Below, piece by piece: positions 24,167 through 32,000 of a stretch of DNA of 32,000 nt (the stretch's first letter is position 1; each line of letters starts with the position of its first letter). The position numbers and the translations under genes were made by a program. Source of the DNA: Nitrosomonas europaea (GTDB lineage Bacteria; Pseudomonadota; Gammaproteobacteria; Burkholderiales; Nitrosomonadaceae); assembly GCF_900167395.1 (NCBI RefSeq), contig NZ_FUWK01000024.1, positions 1-32,000 of the forward strand, given 5' to 3'. The notes beneath the pieces are model-generated. The model did not search any database and was not told the DNA's origin. It saw only the letters and a program-made list of their open reading frames with translations.

Positions 24167-26539
24167 ATGACTCAACTCCCGCAACCCCTCACTCCGGATG
24201 AACTGCAGAAAATCGACGCCTACTGGCGCGCTGCCAACTATCTTTCAGTCGGCCAGATCTATCTGCTTGATAACCCACTGCTGCAGACCCCGCTGACATT
24301 GCAGCATATCAAGCCTCGTTTGCTGGGGCACTGGGGAACGACACCCGGGCTCAATTTCATTTATGCCCATCTCAATCGCATCATCCGGCGTGATGATCTG
24401 AACATGATCTACATCGCCGGTCCCGGCCACGGCGGACCCGCACTGGTCGCCAATACCTACCTGGAAGGCACTTACTCCGAACATTACCCCGATATCTCGC
24501 AGGATATCCAGGGAATGAAACACCTGTTTCGCCAGTTCTCTTTTCCCGGCGGGATCGGCAGTCATGCCACACCGGAAATTCCCGGTTCCATCCACGAAGG
24601 AGGTGAACTCGGTTATGCACTCTCTCACGCCTTTGGGGCAGTGTTCGACAACCCGGATTTGATCGCAGCCTGTGTCGTAGGTGACGGAGAAGCCGAAACC
24701 GGGCCATTGGCAACTGCCTGGCATTCCAACAAGTTTCTCAACCCGGTTCATGATGGTGCCGTGCTGCCGATCCTGCATCTGAATGGCTATAAAATTGCCA
24801 ACCCCACCATTCTGGCGCGTATCAGCCGTGAAGAACTGGATCAGCTGTTCCAGGGCTATGGCTATCAGCCCTATATCGTCGAAGGAGAAGATCCTCTGAC
24901 CATGCACCAGCTCATGGCCGGTACACTGGACCAGGTACTCGCTGAAATCAGATCGATCCAGACCAGAGCTCGCCTTGATGGTGTGACGCAATACCCTCGC
25001 TGGCCCATGATCATCCTGCGTACCCCGAAAGGATGGACCGGGCCCGCAACAGTCGATGGACTGAAAACGGAAGGCTCCTGGCGTTCCCATCAGGTACCGC
25101 TCTCGGAGCTGGCAAAAAAACCGGAACATATCCAGCAACTCGAAGCCTGGCTCAGAAGTTACCGCCCGGAGGAACTATTCGATACTCAAGGCCGGCTGGT
25201 CGAACCCCTGCAGACACTGGCACCACTCGGCAATCGTCGAATGGGTGCCAACCCTCATGCCAATGGTGGATCACTGATGAAGCAATTGCGTATGCCGGAT
25301 TTCCGGAAATATGCGGTCGAAATCGTGCAACCTGGCCAGATCGAAGCCGAATCGACCCGGATCATGGGCAGTTTCCTGCGGGATATCATGTGCCTGAATC
25401 TGAAAACCTGTAATTTCCGAGTATTCGGACCGGATGAAACAGCTTCCAACCGGCTGGGAAGCCTGTATGACGTCACACCCAAAACCTGGCTTGCCGAAAC
25501 GCTGCCCGAGGATGAGCACCTGGCACCGGATGGACGGGTAATGGAAATCCTGAGTGAACATACCTGCCAGGGCTGGCTGGAGGGTTACCTGCTGACCGGG
25601 CGACACGGCCTGTTTTCCTGCTATGAAGCCTTCATTCACATCGTCGATTCGATGTTCAACCAGCATGCCAAATGGCTGAAAGTCAGCAAGGAAATTCCAT
25701 GGCGCAGACCCATCGCCTCACTCAATTACCTGCTGACTTCCCATGTCTGGCGTCAGGATCATAATGGTTTCTCTCACCAGGACCCCGGCTTTATCGATCA
25801 TGTGATCAACAAAAAAGCCGATACCATCCGCATCTATCTGCCACCTGATGCGAATTGCCTGCTGTACATTACGGACAAATGTCTGCGCAGCCGCAATTTC
25901 GTCAACGTCATCGTCGCCGGCAAACAGCCACAACTGCAATGGCTGGATATGGATGCTGCGATCAAACACTGCACGGCCGGCATTGGTATCTGGGGATGGG
26001 CCAGCAATGATCAGGCTGGCGAACCGGATGTCGTCATTGCCTGCGCCGGAGATGTTCCCACCATCGAAGTCCTGGCCGCTGTCAGCATCCTGCGGGAACA
26101 TCTGCCCGACCTGCGTATCCGTGTGATCAATGTCGTCGATCTGATGACGCTGCAGCATGACCGGGAACATCCACAAGGACTTTCCGACAGGGAATTCGAT
26201 ACCCTGTTCACTACAGACAAACCTATCATCTTTGCCTACCATGGCTATCCCTGGCTGATTCACCGCCTGACCTACCGCCGTACCAACCACGCCAATCTGC
26301 ATGTGCGCGGCTATAAAGAAGAAGGAACCACTACTACACCGTTCGATATGACGGTACTCAACGACATGGATCGTTTCCATCTGGTCGATGATGTCATCGA
26401 CCGTGTTCCCCATCTGGGATACAAAGCGGCCTATCTCAGACAAATCATGCGTGACAAACTGGTCGAGCACCGCGAATACATCAATCGTCACGGTGAAGAT
26501 ATGCCGGAAATCAGGGATTGGAAATGGACTGCACCCTGA
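24167..26539 (+). CDS. xfp: Xylulose-5-phosphate/fructose-6-phosphate phosphoketolase
   Basis: The 790-aa ORF reads [45 protein letters not shown] and GDGEAETGP. It has the typical length and motifs of the XFP family and lies 44 nt after ackA. Confidence 0.95.
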   Translation: MTQLPQPLTPDELQKIDAYWRAANYLSVGQIYLLDNPLLQTPLTLQHIKPRLLGHWGTTPGLNFIYAHLNRIIRRDDLNMIYIAGPGHGGPALVANTYLEGTYSEHYPDISQDIQGMKHLFRQFSFPGGIGSHATPEIPGSIHEGGELGYALSHAFGAVFDNPDLIAACVVGDGEAETGPLATAWHSNKFLNPVHDGAVLPILHLNGYKIANPTILARISREELDQLFQGYGYQPYIVEGEDPLTMHQLMAGTLDQVLAEIRSIQTRARLDGVTQYPRWPMIILRTPKGWTGPATVDGLKTEGSWRSHQVPLSELAKKPEHIQQLEAWLRSYRPEELFDTQGRLVEPLQTLAPLGNRRMGANPHANGGSLMKQLRMPDFRKYAVEIVQPGQIEAESTRIMGSFLRDIMCLNLKTCNFRVFGPDETASNRLGSLYDVTPKTWLAETLPEDEHLAPDGRVMEILSEHTCQGWLEGYLLTGRHGLFSCYEAFIHIVDSMFNQHAKWLKVSKEIPWRRPIASLNYLLTSHVWRQDHNGFSHQDPGFIDHVINKKADTIRIYLPPDANCLLYITDKCLRSRNFVNVIVAGKQPQLQWLDMDAAIKHCTAGIGIWGWASNDQAGEPDVVIACAGDVPTIEVLAAVSILREHLPDLRIRVINVVDLMTLQHDREHPQGLSDREFDTLFTTDKPIIFAYHGYPWLIHRLTYRRTNHANLHVRGYKEEGTTTTPFDMTVLNDMDRFHLVDDVIDRVPHLGYKAAYLRQIMRDKLVEHREYINRHGEDMPEIRDWKWTAP

Positions 26540-26629
26540 TGGTGATAACGAATGGCCACCCGGTATTTCTGCCGGTTCCCGACCATAATAGCGGACACCG
26601 TCAGCACATCTGATATCTTAAACAGGCTC

Positions 26630-26840
26630 TGAGGAGCCTCTGAAAAACGTCAGCAAGACAGAGTCAGTTCAAGGCAAAATCGGCGACGCAAGCAACGCGT
26701 AGCGGACAGCCATGAGGCTGGCCCGTAGGGCGAGGCGCCAATGCCGAGTAAAAAGCAGAGTTATACATGGCAAACGAACCTTTTGAGCCGACTTTTAACG
26801 CAGAAATGGCAACGCAGGTAGTTTTTTCAGAGGTTCCTCA
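26630..26840. repeat. About 210-bp element bounded by 18-nt terminal inverted repeats (MITE-like)
   Basis: The left end is TGAGGAGCCTCTGAAAAA (26630-26647). The right end in reverse complement is TGAGGAACCTCTGAAAAA (26840-26823). They share 17/18 identities. No convincing ORF lies inside. The right repeat overlaps the tal stop codon. Confidence 0.45.
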
Positions 26841-27932
26841 ATCCGTTTTTCCCCTCTTCAGGGCAGTGCATTTCGAATCAATCACCGCCATCAATTCCTG
26901 CCAGGAAGTCACGAATCCTTTTGCTCCCTCCTGCTGGAGTCGAATTGCCAGCGCATCGATATCAACCCCCGCTCTGGCAAACTGTTCCAGAACCTGTTCG
27001 CAATCTCCGCCATCATCAGGCATATAGTCGAGGCTTTGATCATCATAGTCCGCAAGTGCCTTCAAGGTAGCTTCAGGCATCGTATTGACCGTAAAGGGAG
27101 CGACGAGTGACATCACATACAGAACTGGCGAAGCAGCAGGATCTTTGGTCCCCGTGCTTGCCCATAACAGGCGCTGCGGCCGTGCACCGGCATTGTAGGC
27201 ACGCAACCAGCGCGGTGAGTCAAAAAGATCACGAGCAGCTTTATAAGTACGTCCGGCAATCGCAATACCCAGCCTGTTGCGCAACGTCTCCGGAACCTTG
27301 CCGGCAACTGCAACATCCCATCGGCTGACGAACAAAGAAGCAACGGACATCACATCAGGGTTGAGACCGGCATCGATGCGCCGTTCGATACCGCGCAAAA
27401 ACGCCTCGGCTGCATCCACATACTGTTCACGACTGAACAGCAACGTCACATTGATCGGTATACCTGCAAAGATAGCTTCTTCAATGGCAGGCAGACCTTC
27501 CCGGGTTCCCGGAATCTTGATCAGCAGATTCGGCCGGGCCGCCCGGTTGCAGATTTCCTTTGCAGCCACTATGGTACTGGCGGTATCGTAGGCCAACAGG
27601 GGAGATACCTCCAGCGACACCCATCCGTCAACACCATGGGTACGATCGTAAACCGGCTTCAACAGATCGGCAACCCGGGTCAGATCTTCCAGCGCCAGAT
27701 CAAGAAAAATCGCTTCACTCGATTTACTCTGTTCCAAACCTGAACGAATTCCCGCTTCGTAAGCACTGCTGTTTCTGATTGCCTGGTTGAATATGGTCGG
27801 GTTCGAAGTCAATCCCGTTACCGAAAGCTCGTCGACGTAACGCTTGAGTGTGCCGTTAGTCAATAAATCACGTGTAATGTTATCGAGCCAGAGACTCTGG
27901 CCGAGATTATGCAAAAGTTGTGTCGCTTTCAT
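26838..27932 (-). CDS. tal: Transaldolase
   Basis: An ATG at 27932 follows AAGGAG. The protein reads MKATQLLHNLGQSLWLDNITRDLL...VTGLTSNPTIF...LIKIPGT. The upstream 22 codons of the tracked ORF were discarded. Confidence 0.9.
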   Translation of the reverse strand: MKATQLLHNLGQSLWLDNITRDLLTNGTLKRYVDELSVTGLTSNPTIFNQAIRNSSAYEAGIRSGLEQSKSSEAIFLDLALEDLTRVADLLKPVYDRTHGVDGWVSLEVSPLLAYDTASTIVAAKEICNRAARPNLLIKIPGTREGLPAIEEAIFAGIPINVTLLFSREQYVDAAEAFLRGIERRIDAGLNPDVMSVASLFVSRWDVAVAGKVPETLRNRLGIAIAGRTYKAARDLFDSPRWLRAYNAGARPQRLLWASTGTKDPAASPVLYVMSLVAPFTVNTMPEATLKALADYDDQSLDYMPDDGGDCEQVLEQFARAGVDIDALAIRLQQEGAKGFVTSWQELMAVIDSKCTALKRGKTD

Positions 27933-28084
27933 GATTCTGCTCCTTGGAAAATCGCCGGACCGATAGCTGCATGCCGACAATACCCAGTATACGTGCATCA
28001 GATAAAATCGCTATGGCTGGCAGCCCTTGAATGATGTTATCGCATCGGCAATCCGGCAGCAGCTCGTGTTCCACCGCCCCCTCT

Positions 28085-28135
28085 CTGCGACAATTTGTCA
28101 CATTCTCATTTCCTTTCGTTGTCCGGATAATTTCA
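28085..28135. repeat. Copy 1 of a 51-bp conserved upstream module (palindrome-containing), 5' of the peroxidase gene
   Basis: The sequence is CTGCGACAATTTGTCACATTCTCATTTCCTTTCGTTGTCCGGATAATTTCA. It matches 29568-29618 at 45/51 identities, ungapped and hand-counted. It ends 38 nt before the ATG at 28173. Confidence 0.8.
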
Positions 28136-28172
28136 CGCGCTGTCATTATTCCAACGAGGGATTATCGAGTTT

Positions 28173-29453
28173 ATGTACAAAATACTGGTTGTCTTTTTAT
28201 TGTTTTATACCGGTTTGAGCGTTGCAGGTGACAAAAAAGCGATGCGGTCTGAAGAAATAATGCTGGGAGAACTTATTTTCAAGGATAAAAATTTATCCTT
28301 GAACAGGAATCAGTCTTGCGAAACCTGCCACAGCCTGAGCCCGGTCGCAAAGCCGGGTCTGCCGGCGGTGCCAGGCTTCGTCGATCCTGACAATGTCACC
28401 GCAGGCTCTCCCGTATCGAAAGGCTCCGACATCGATCCCGAAACCAACTTGCCTTTCAACGGCACACTGAATACACCCAGTGTCGGCTATGCGGCCTTCA
28501 GCCCGAAGTTCAAATGGGATAAAAGCCTGAACGCCTATAGCGGAGGATTCTTCTGGAACGGCCGCGCCAGAAATCTCGCAGAGCAGGCCAAACAGCCCTT
28601 CCTGAATCCGGTTGAAATGGCCATGCCCAACGCTGCTGACGTTGTTAACCGCCTAAGTGAAAATGCGACTTACCGCAAGTTGTTCAAAAAGATTTACGGT
28701 ATTTCACTACCACTCAAAAAACAGTCGGACAGGATGGTAGAGAAAGTTTTTCAGAGCATGACTCAGGCTGTTGCCGCCTTCGAACGAGACAGATCATTCA
28801 GTAAATTCAACTCCAAGTTTGACTATGTTCTCGCCGGAACAACGTCATTTACGCCTGTCGAACAACTGGGATTCGATCTTTTCAAAGATCCGCAGAAAGG
28901 CAATTGCGCAGTTTGTCATCCCGTGGAAAGTACATTCGATAAAAAAGGGAACATCACTGTTCCGCCCTTGTTCACCAACTTTGGCTATGAAAACATCGGT
29001 GCACCCCGCAACATGAAAATCCCCGGATCGCCCGAACCTGATCTGGGCCTTGGCGGACGGGCAGATATTCAGAAACGCGACAAATCAGGTTTACAAATCG
29101 GCAAACACAAAGTCATGTCCTTGCGCAACGTGGCGGTTACCGCCCCTTATGGCCATAATGGTGTTTTTGCATCTCTGGCAATGATCGTGCATTTTTACAA
29201 TACACGCGATGCATTGCCGCACGATTGCGATAACACTTCACCCCGTTTTCCATCTCAGTGCTGGCCGTTGCCCGAAGTCGGGCGAAACGTCAGTAACGAG
29301 TTTGGCAATCTGAATCTGACAGCCGAAGAAAGAACAGCACTCATCGCATTCATGAATACCCTGACGGATGACTATCCCGCCTGGGGCAATGATCCGCTGG
29401 TCCCGCCCGGGACACTTTCTCCCTATCCGCATCTCGGGATACCGTCCAGATAA
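28173..29453 (+). CDS. Di-haem cytochrome c peroxidase-family protein (CCP/MauG family)
   Basis: The 426-aa ORF has a signal peptide and two CxxCH haem motifs (CETCH and CAVCH). The conserved SLRNVAVTAPYGHNGVF region is present. Confidence 0.85.
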   Translation: MYKILVVFLLFYTGLSVAGDKKAMRSEEIMLGELIFKDKNLSLNRNQSCETCHSLSPVAKPGLPAVPGFVDPDNVTAGSPVSKGSDIDPETNLPFNGTLNTPSVGYAAFSPKFKWDKSLNAYSGGFFWNGRARNLAEQAKQPFLNPVEMAMPNAADVVNRLSENATYRKLFKKIYGISLPLKKQSDRMVEKVFQSMTQAVAAFERDRSFSKFNSKFDYVLAGTTSFTPVEQLGFDLFKDPQKGNCAVCHPVESTFDKKGNITVPPLFTNFGYENIGAPRNMKIPGSPEPDLGLGGRADIQKRDKSGLQIGKHKVMSLRNVAVTAPYGHNGVFASLAMIVHFYNTRDALPHDCDNTSPRFPSQCWPLPEVGRNVSNEFGNLNLTAEERTALIAFMNTLTDDYPAWGNDPLVPPGTLSPYPHLGIPSR

Positions 29454-29567
29454 GCCGTCATCCTTCCAGCGATCAGTACGCAAGGTGCCCGGGATACCAC
29501 TCGATTGTGTGCAGAATGAGCACTACATCGATGATCCGATTACCGACACTTACCCGGGCATTCTTCC

Positions 29568-29625
29568 CTGCGACAATTTGTCGCATTCTCATTTCCTGCT
29601 TTTGTCCGGATAATTTGATCCGGAC
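29568..29625. repeat. Copy 2 of the conserved module, 5' of fecI, with two perfect palindromes
   Basis: The sequence is CTGCGACAATTTGTCGCATTCTCATTTCCTGCTTTTGTCCGGATAATTTGATCCGGAC. TGCGACAA-T-TTGTCGCA (29569-29585) is a perfect 8-1-8 palindrome. GTCCGGAT-aatttg-ATCCGGAC (29604-29625) is a perfect 8-6-8 palindrome. Confidence 0.8.
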
Positions 29626-29661
29626 AAACAATAGTTACACACTTCTTTTCGCGACTGCATC

Positions 29662-30171
29662 ATGTCTTCATCGGATTCCCCTGTATTTACAACATTTTAT
29701 AAACAATACCAGTCACAATTGATCAGTCGCATCACTCGCCTGGTCGGTTGCCGTGAAACCGCAGCTGATCTTGCCCAGGAAGCCTATATCCGGTTACTGG
29801 GCCACCGCGATTTATCGAATATATTGAGCCTGTCCGCTTATCTGTTCCGGATCGGCCATAATCTGGCCATGGATCACCAGCGTGATCCTGCAAATAAAAT
29901 AGAATATCTGCTGCTCGATGAGACACTGCCCTGCCCGCTGCTCCAGCCGCATGAAATCGTGAGCCTCCGGCAGCAGTGCAGACTATTGCTGGACACGATT
30001 GCCTCCATGCCGCAAGGTTGCCGCGATGTTTTTCTGCTGCGTAAAATCGATGGGCTCAGTTACAGTGAAATCTCCATCCGCCTCAATATTTCCGAAAAAA
30101 CCGTGCAACGACGTCTGGTACAGGCCATGCTGCGTTGCCACCGCAGCATGAACCAGATAGTCATCCGGTGA
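29662..30171 (+). CDS. fecI: ECF sigma factor, FecI-like
   Basis: The 169-aa ORF has region 2 (AADLAQEAYIRLL) and region 4 (LSYSEISIRLNISEKTVQRRLVQAM). It is followed 6 nt later by a FecR-type gene. Confidence 0.9.
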   Translation: MSSSDSPVFTTFYKQYQSQLISRITRLVGCRETAADLAQEAYIRLLGHRDLSNILSLSAYLFRIGHNLAMDHQRDPANKIEYLLLDETLPCPLLQPHEIVSLRQQCRLLLDTIASMPQGCRDVFLLRKIDGLSYSEISIRLNISEKTVQRRLVQAMLRCHRSMNQIVIR

Positions 30172-30177
30172 TACTGT

Positions 30178-31140
30178 ATGCCCGCTTCCGGCCCTCCTGA
30201 CGAACAGCTGCTCAAACAGGCACTGAAGTGGTTCTTTCTATTACAGTCTGAACACTGTACGGATAAGGACAGGCGAAAATTCAACCGCTGGTTCTGTAAA
30301 AATGAAGCTCATCAGACAGCCTATGCGCATGCTGAACGCTTATGGTCTGAAACAGACAGGCTGAAAGAAACACCCGATATCCCCGGTTTACGTGAAGCCA
30401 GACAGCGCCGCCCAAAACACCAGCCGGCCGGCATACTCGGCTGGGCACTGTTCTTCCTGATTTCATCTGCTTTGATGAGTATCGGCTGGCTGGAATACAG
30501 CGCTGAAACCGTCACTTATTCCACCCGATTAGGAGAGCAGCGCCTCATCTCCCTGGCGGATGGCAGCCGTATCAACATGAATACGGCCACTCGTCTGCAC
30601 GTCCGCATTTCTTACCTGCAGCGCAAAATCACGCTGGATACGGGAGAAGCCGTTTTCGACGTTGCACACGAGACCTGGCGTCCTTTTGTCGTGCATACGG
30701 ACAAATTGCAGATCCGTGATATCGGCACCCGGTTCAACATACACAAACAGCAGGACGATATCTCGATCACGGTACTGGAAGGTGCGGTGGAAATCGATGG
30801 TGTACGTCTGGATGAAGGGTATCAGCAACATTATTCCTCTCGCAGTGATCATGCGATTCTCCGCCCGGTCGATACCGAACAGATCGCAGCCTGGCAGCAC
30901 GGGCGGCTGATATTCCGCCAGACTCCTCTGGCAGCAGTCACAGCCGAGCTGGAACGCTATCACCCGGTACACTTCATTTTTACTGACCCCGCCATTGCAC
31001 ACGAGACGCTGAGCGGAACATTCGGCACCCGTGATCTGCCACTTTTCCTCAGCAGCCTGGAAAAGGCTTTACCAGTCAGGGTAAAAAAACTGCCGGACGG
31101 GCAAACCCTGCTGATCGACCGGATAAATAAAAAAATGTGA
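30178..31140 (+). CDS. fecR: FecR-family transmembrane anti-sigma/sensor protein
   Basis: The 320-aa ORF has an N-terminal cytoplasmic domain (ALKWFFLLQSE...FNRWF), one TM segment (ILGWALFFLISSALMSIGWL) and a periplasmic FecR domain (..LADGSRINMNTATRL...GEAVFDVAH...PFVV). Confidence 0.9.
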   Translation: MPASGPPDEQLLKQALKWFFLLQSEHCTDKDRRKFNRWFCKNEAHQTAYAHAERLWSETDRLKETPDIPGLREARQRRPKHQPAGILGWALFFLISSALMSIGWLEYSAETVTYSTRLGEQRLISLADGSRINMNTATRLHVRISYLQRKITLDTGEAVFDVAHETWRPFVVHTDKLQIRDIGTRFNIHKQQDDISITVLEGAVEIDGVRLDEGYQQHYSSRSDHAILRPVDTEQIAAWQHGRLIFRQTPLAAVTAELERYHPVHFIFTDPAIAHETLSGTFGTRDLPLFLSSLEKALPVRVKKLPDGQTLLIDRINKKM

Positions 31141-31218
31141 CCAGTTCATCGTGTTTTTCACGTCTTACCAGACAGGACATCAGAAACCTTTATACCTTCC
31201 TGACTGGAGAAAAACACC

Positions 31219-32000
31219 ATGAAATCTATTGCCGGATTATTTTCGTTACTGCTTCTGCTATGGGCGAATACGGCCAATGCGCAAAATGACATCACCTATT
31301 CCTTCAATCTTCCTGCACAGCCCCTTTCTTCCACACTGAATCACCTGGCCAATATCACCGGCATCAAGCTGATTTATGCAGATGAAATCACCCGGAATCA
31401 TCTTTCTCCACCTCTACACGGCAACTTCACACTGGCAGAAGCATTGAACCAGGTACTGAATAAAAACCGGTTGAAGTACGAGATGGTCGATAACAGCATG
31501 GTCGTCATCAGCCAGGCTGCTGCCAATACGGTTTTACCCGAAATCACCATCACCACTGATTCATCCGCGGCCGGTAACGAAGCCTCACTAACCGTTCCGA
31601 ATACCGCACAGGCAACGGCCAATATCCAGTACACACCCGGTGCCGTCGAAGTCATATCCGATACCCGATTCAAAAGTACACCGGCACAAACCATCAAGGA
31701 CATCGTCGGCTGGATACCCGGTGTCATCGCCCAACCCAAATCGAATATCGACAACAGGATATCGATCCGCGGCTCCGGACTGACGCGCAACTACGGCAAC
31801 CGTGGCATCAATATGTATATGGACGGCATCCCGATCAACACTGCCGATGGCCTGTTCGATGTCTTCGAAATCGATCCAGGTGCTTACCGCTACGTCGAAG
31901 TGTTCAAGGGTGCCAATGCACTGCGTTACGGAGCCAACTCTCTCGGTGGCGCAATCAACTTCGTCACACCGACAGGTTATGATGCTTCCCGGTTCAGCGG
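31219..32000 (+). CDS. TonB-dependent transducer-type receptor with an N-terminal STN signalling domain; 3' partial at the window end
   Basis: An ATG at 31219 gives MKSIAGLFSLLLLLWANTANA, a signal peptide. The STN-like region follows (FNLPAQPLSSTLNHLANITGIKLIYADEI...FTLAEALNQVLNKNRLKY), then the plug (VEVISDT...IRGSG...VEVFKGANALRYGANSLGGAINF). There is no stop in the window. Confidence 0.85.
   Translation, partial: MKSIAGLFSLLLLLWANTANAQNDITYSFNLPAQPLSSTLNHLANITGIKLIYADEITRNHLSPPLHGNFTLAEALNQVLNKNRLKYEMVDNSMVVISQAAANTVLPEITITTDSSAAGNEASLTVPNTAQATANIQYTPGAVEVISDTRFKSTPAQTIKDIVGWIPGVIAQPKSNIDNRISIRGSGLTRNYGNRGINMYMDGIPINTADGLFDVFEIDPGAYRYVEVFKGANALRYGANSLGGAINFVTPTGYDASRFS

Noticed and set aside
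26767-27027. The 86-aa ORF starting inside the MITE-like element
   Set aside because: Most of it is antisense to the transaldolase 3' end. It has no SD and no motif.
28027-28218. ORFs at 28027-28218 and 29507-29722 that share the peptide ATIC(H/R)ILIS..CPDN
   Set aside because: The shared peptide simply reflects translation of the 51-bp DNA repeat. The similarity does not extend beyond it, and both ORFs run into the real downstream genes out of frame.

Overview
This is a 32-kb chromosomal window from a Gram-negative proteobacterium. The gene content (repeated FecI/FecR/TonB-receptor modules, phosphoketolase plus acetate kinase) and a by-eye GC near 50% suggest a Nitrosomonas-like betaproteobacterium, but that is inference only. 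No rRNA genes or CRISPR arrays were seen. The window has three zones. (1) Positions 1-7354 are an accessory patch. It holds the end of an IS3-family element inserted into a decayed RelE/ParE pair, two vapBC pairs, a phd-parE pair plus a fossil of a paralogous antitoxin gene, an Xre-like antitoxin next to a frameshifted RES toxin, two Fic-family proteins that each carry their own inhibitory motif, an AbiEi-like gene fragment and a stand-alone phosphoribosyltransferase. (2) Positions 7340-9380 hold a single AAA-ATPase/PD-(D/E)XK gene bracketed by two about 90%-identical 80-bp copies of the nadC 3' end, which looks like an insertion scar with no recombinase. (3) The rest is mostly housekeeping and iron-uptake genes:
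- nadC and a membrane-anchored FMN glutamate-synthase-like protein
- an AT-rich Fur-box-like region followed by a TonB receptor-piuC-FMN hydroxyacid oxidase operon
- pgsA and a frameshifted glpK
- rnk and phoB with a textbook Pho box but no phoR
- tRNA-Ser(GCT), lysC and a peptidoglycan-binding lipoprotein
- ackA-xfp convergent with tal, with a 210-bp inverted-repeat-bounded element between them
- a di-haem cytochrome c peroxidase bracketed by two copies of a 51-bp palindrome-containing motif, whose second copy precedes a fecI-fecR-TonB transducer module.
I did not find a clear new multi-gene system. The best leads are the nadC-end duplication with its cargo gene, the shared palindromic upstream module of the peroxidase and fecI, the receptor-piuC-atypical oxidase operon, the MITE-like element and the toxin-antitoxin/Fic patch.
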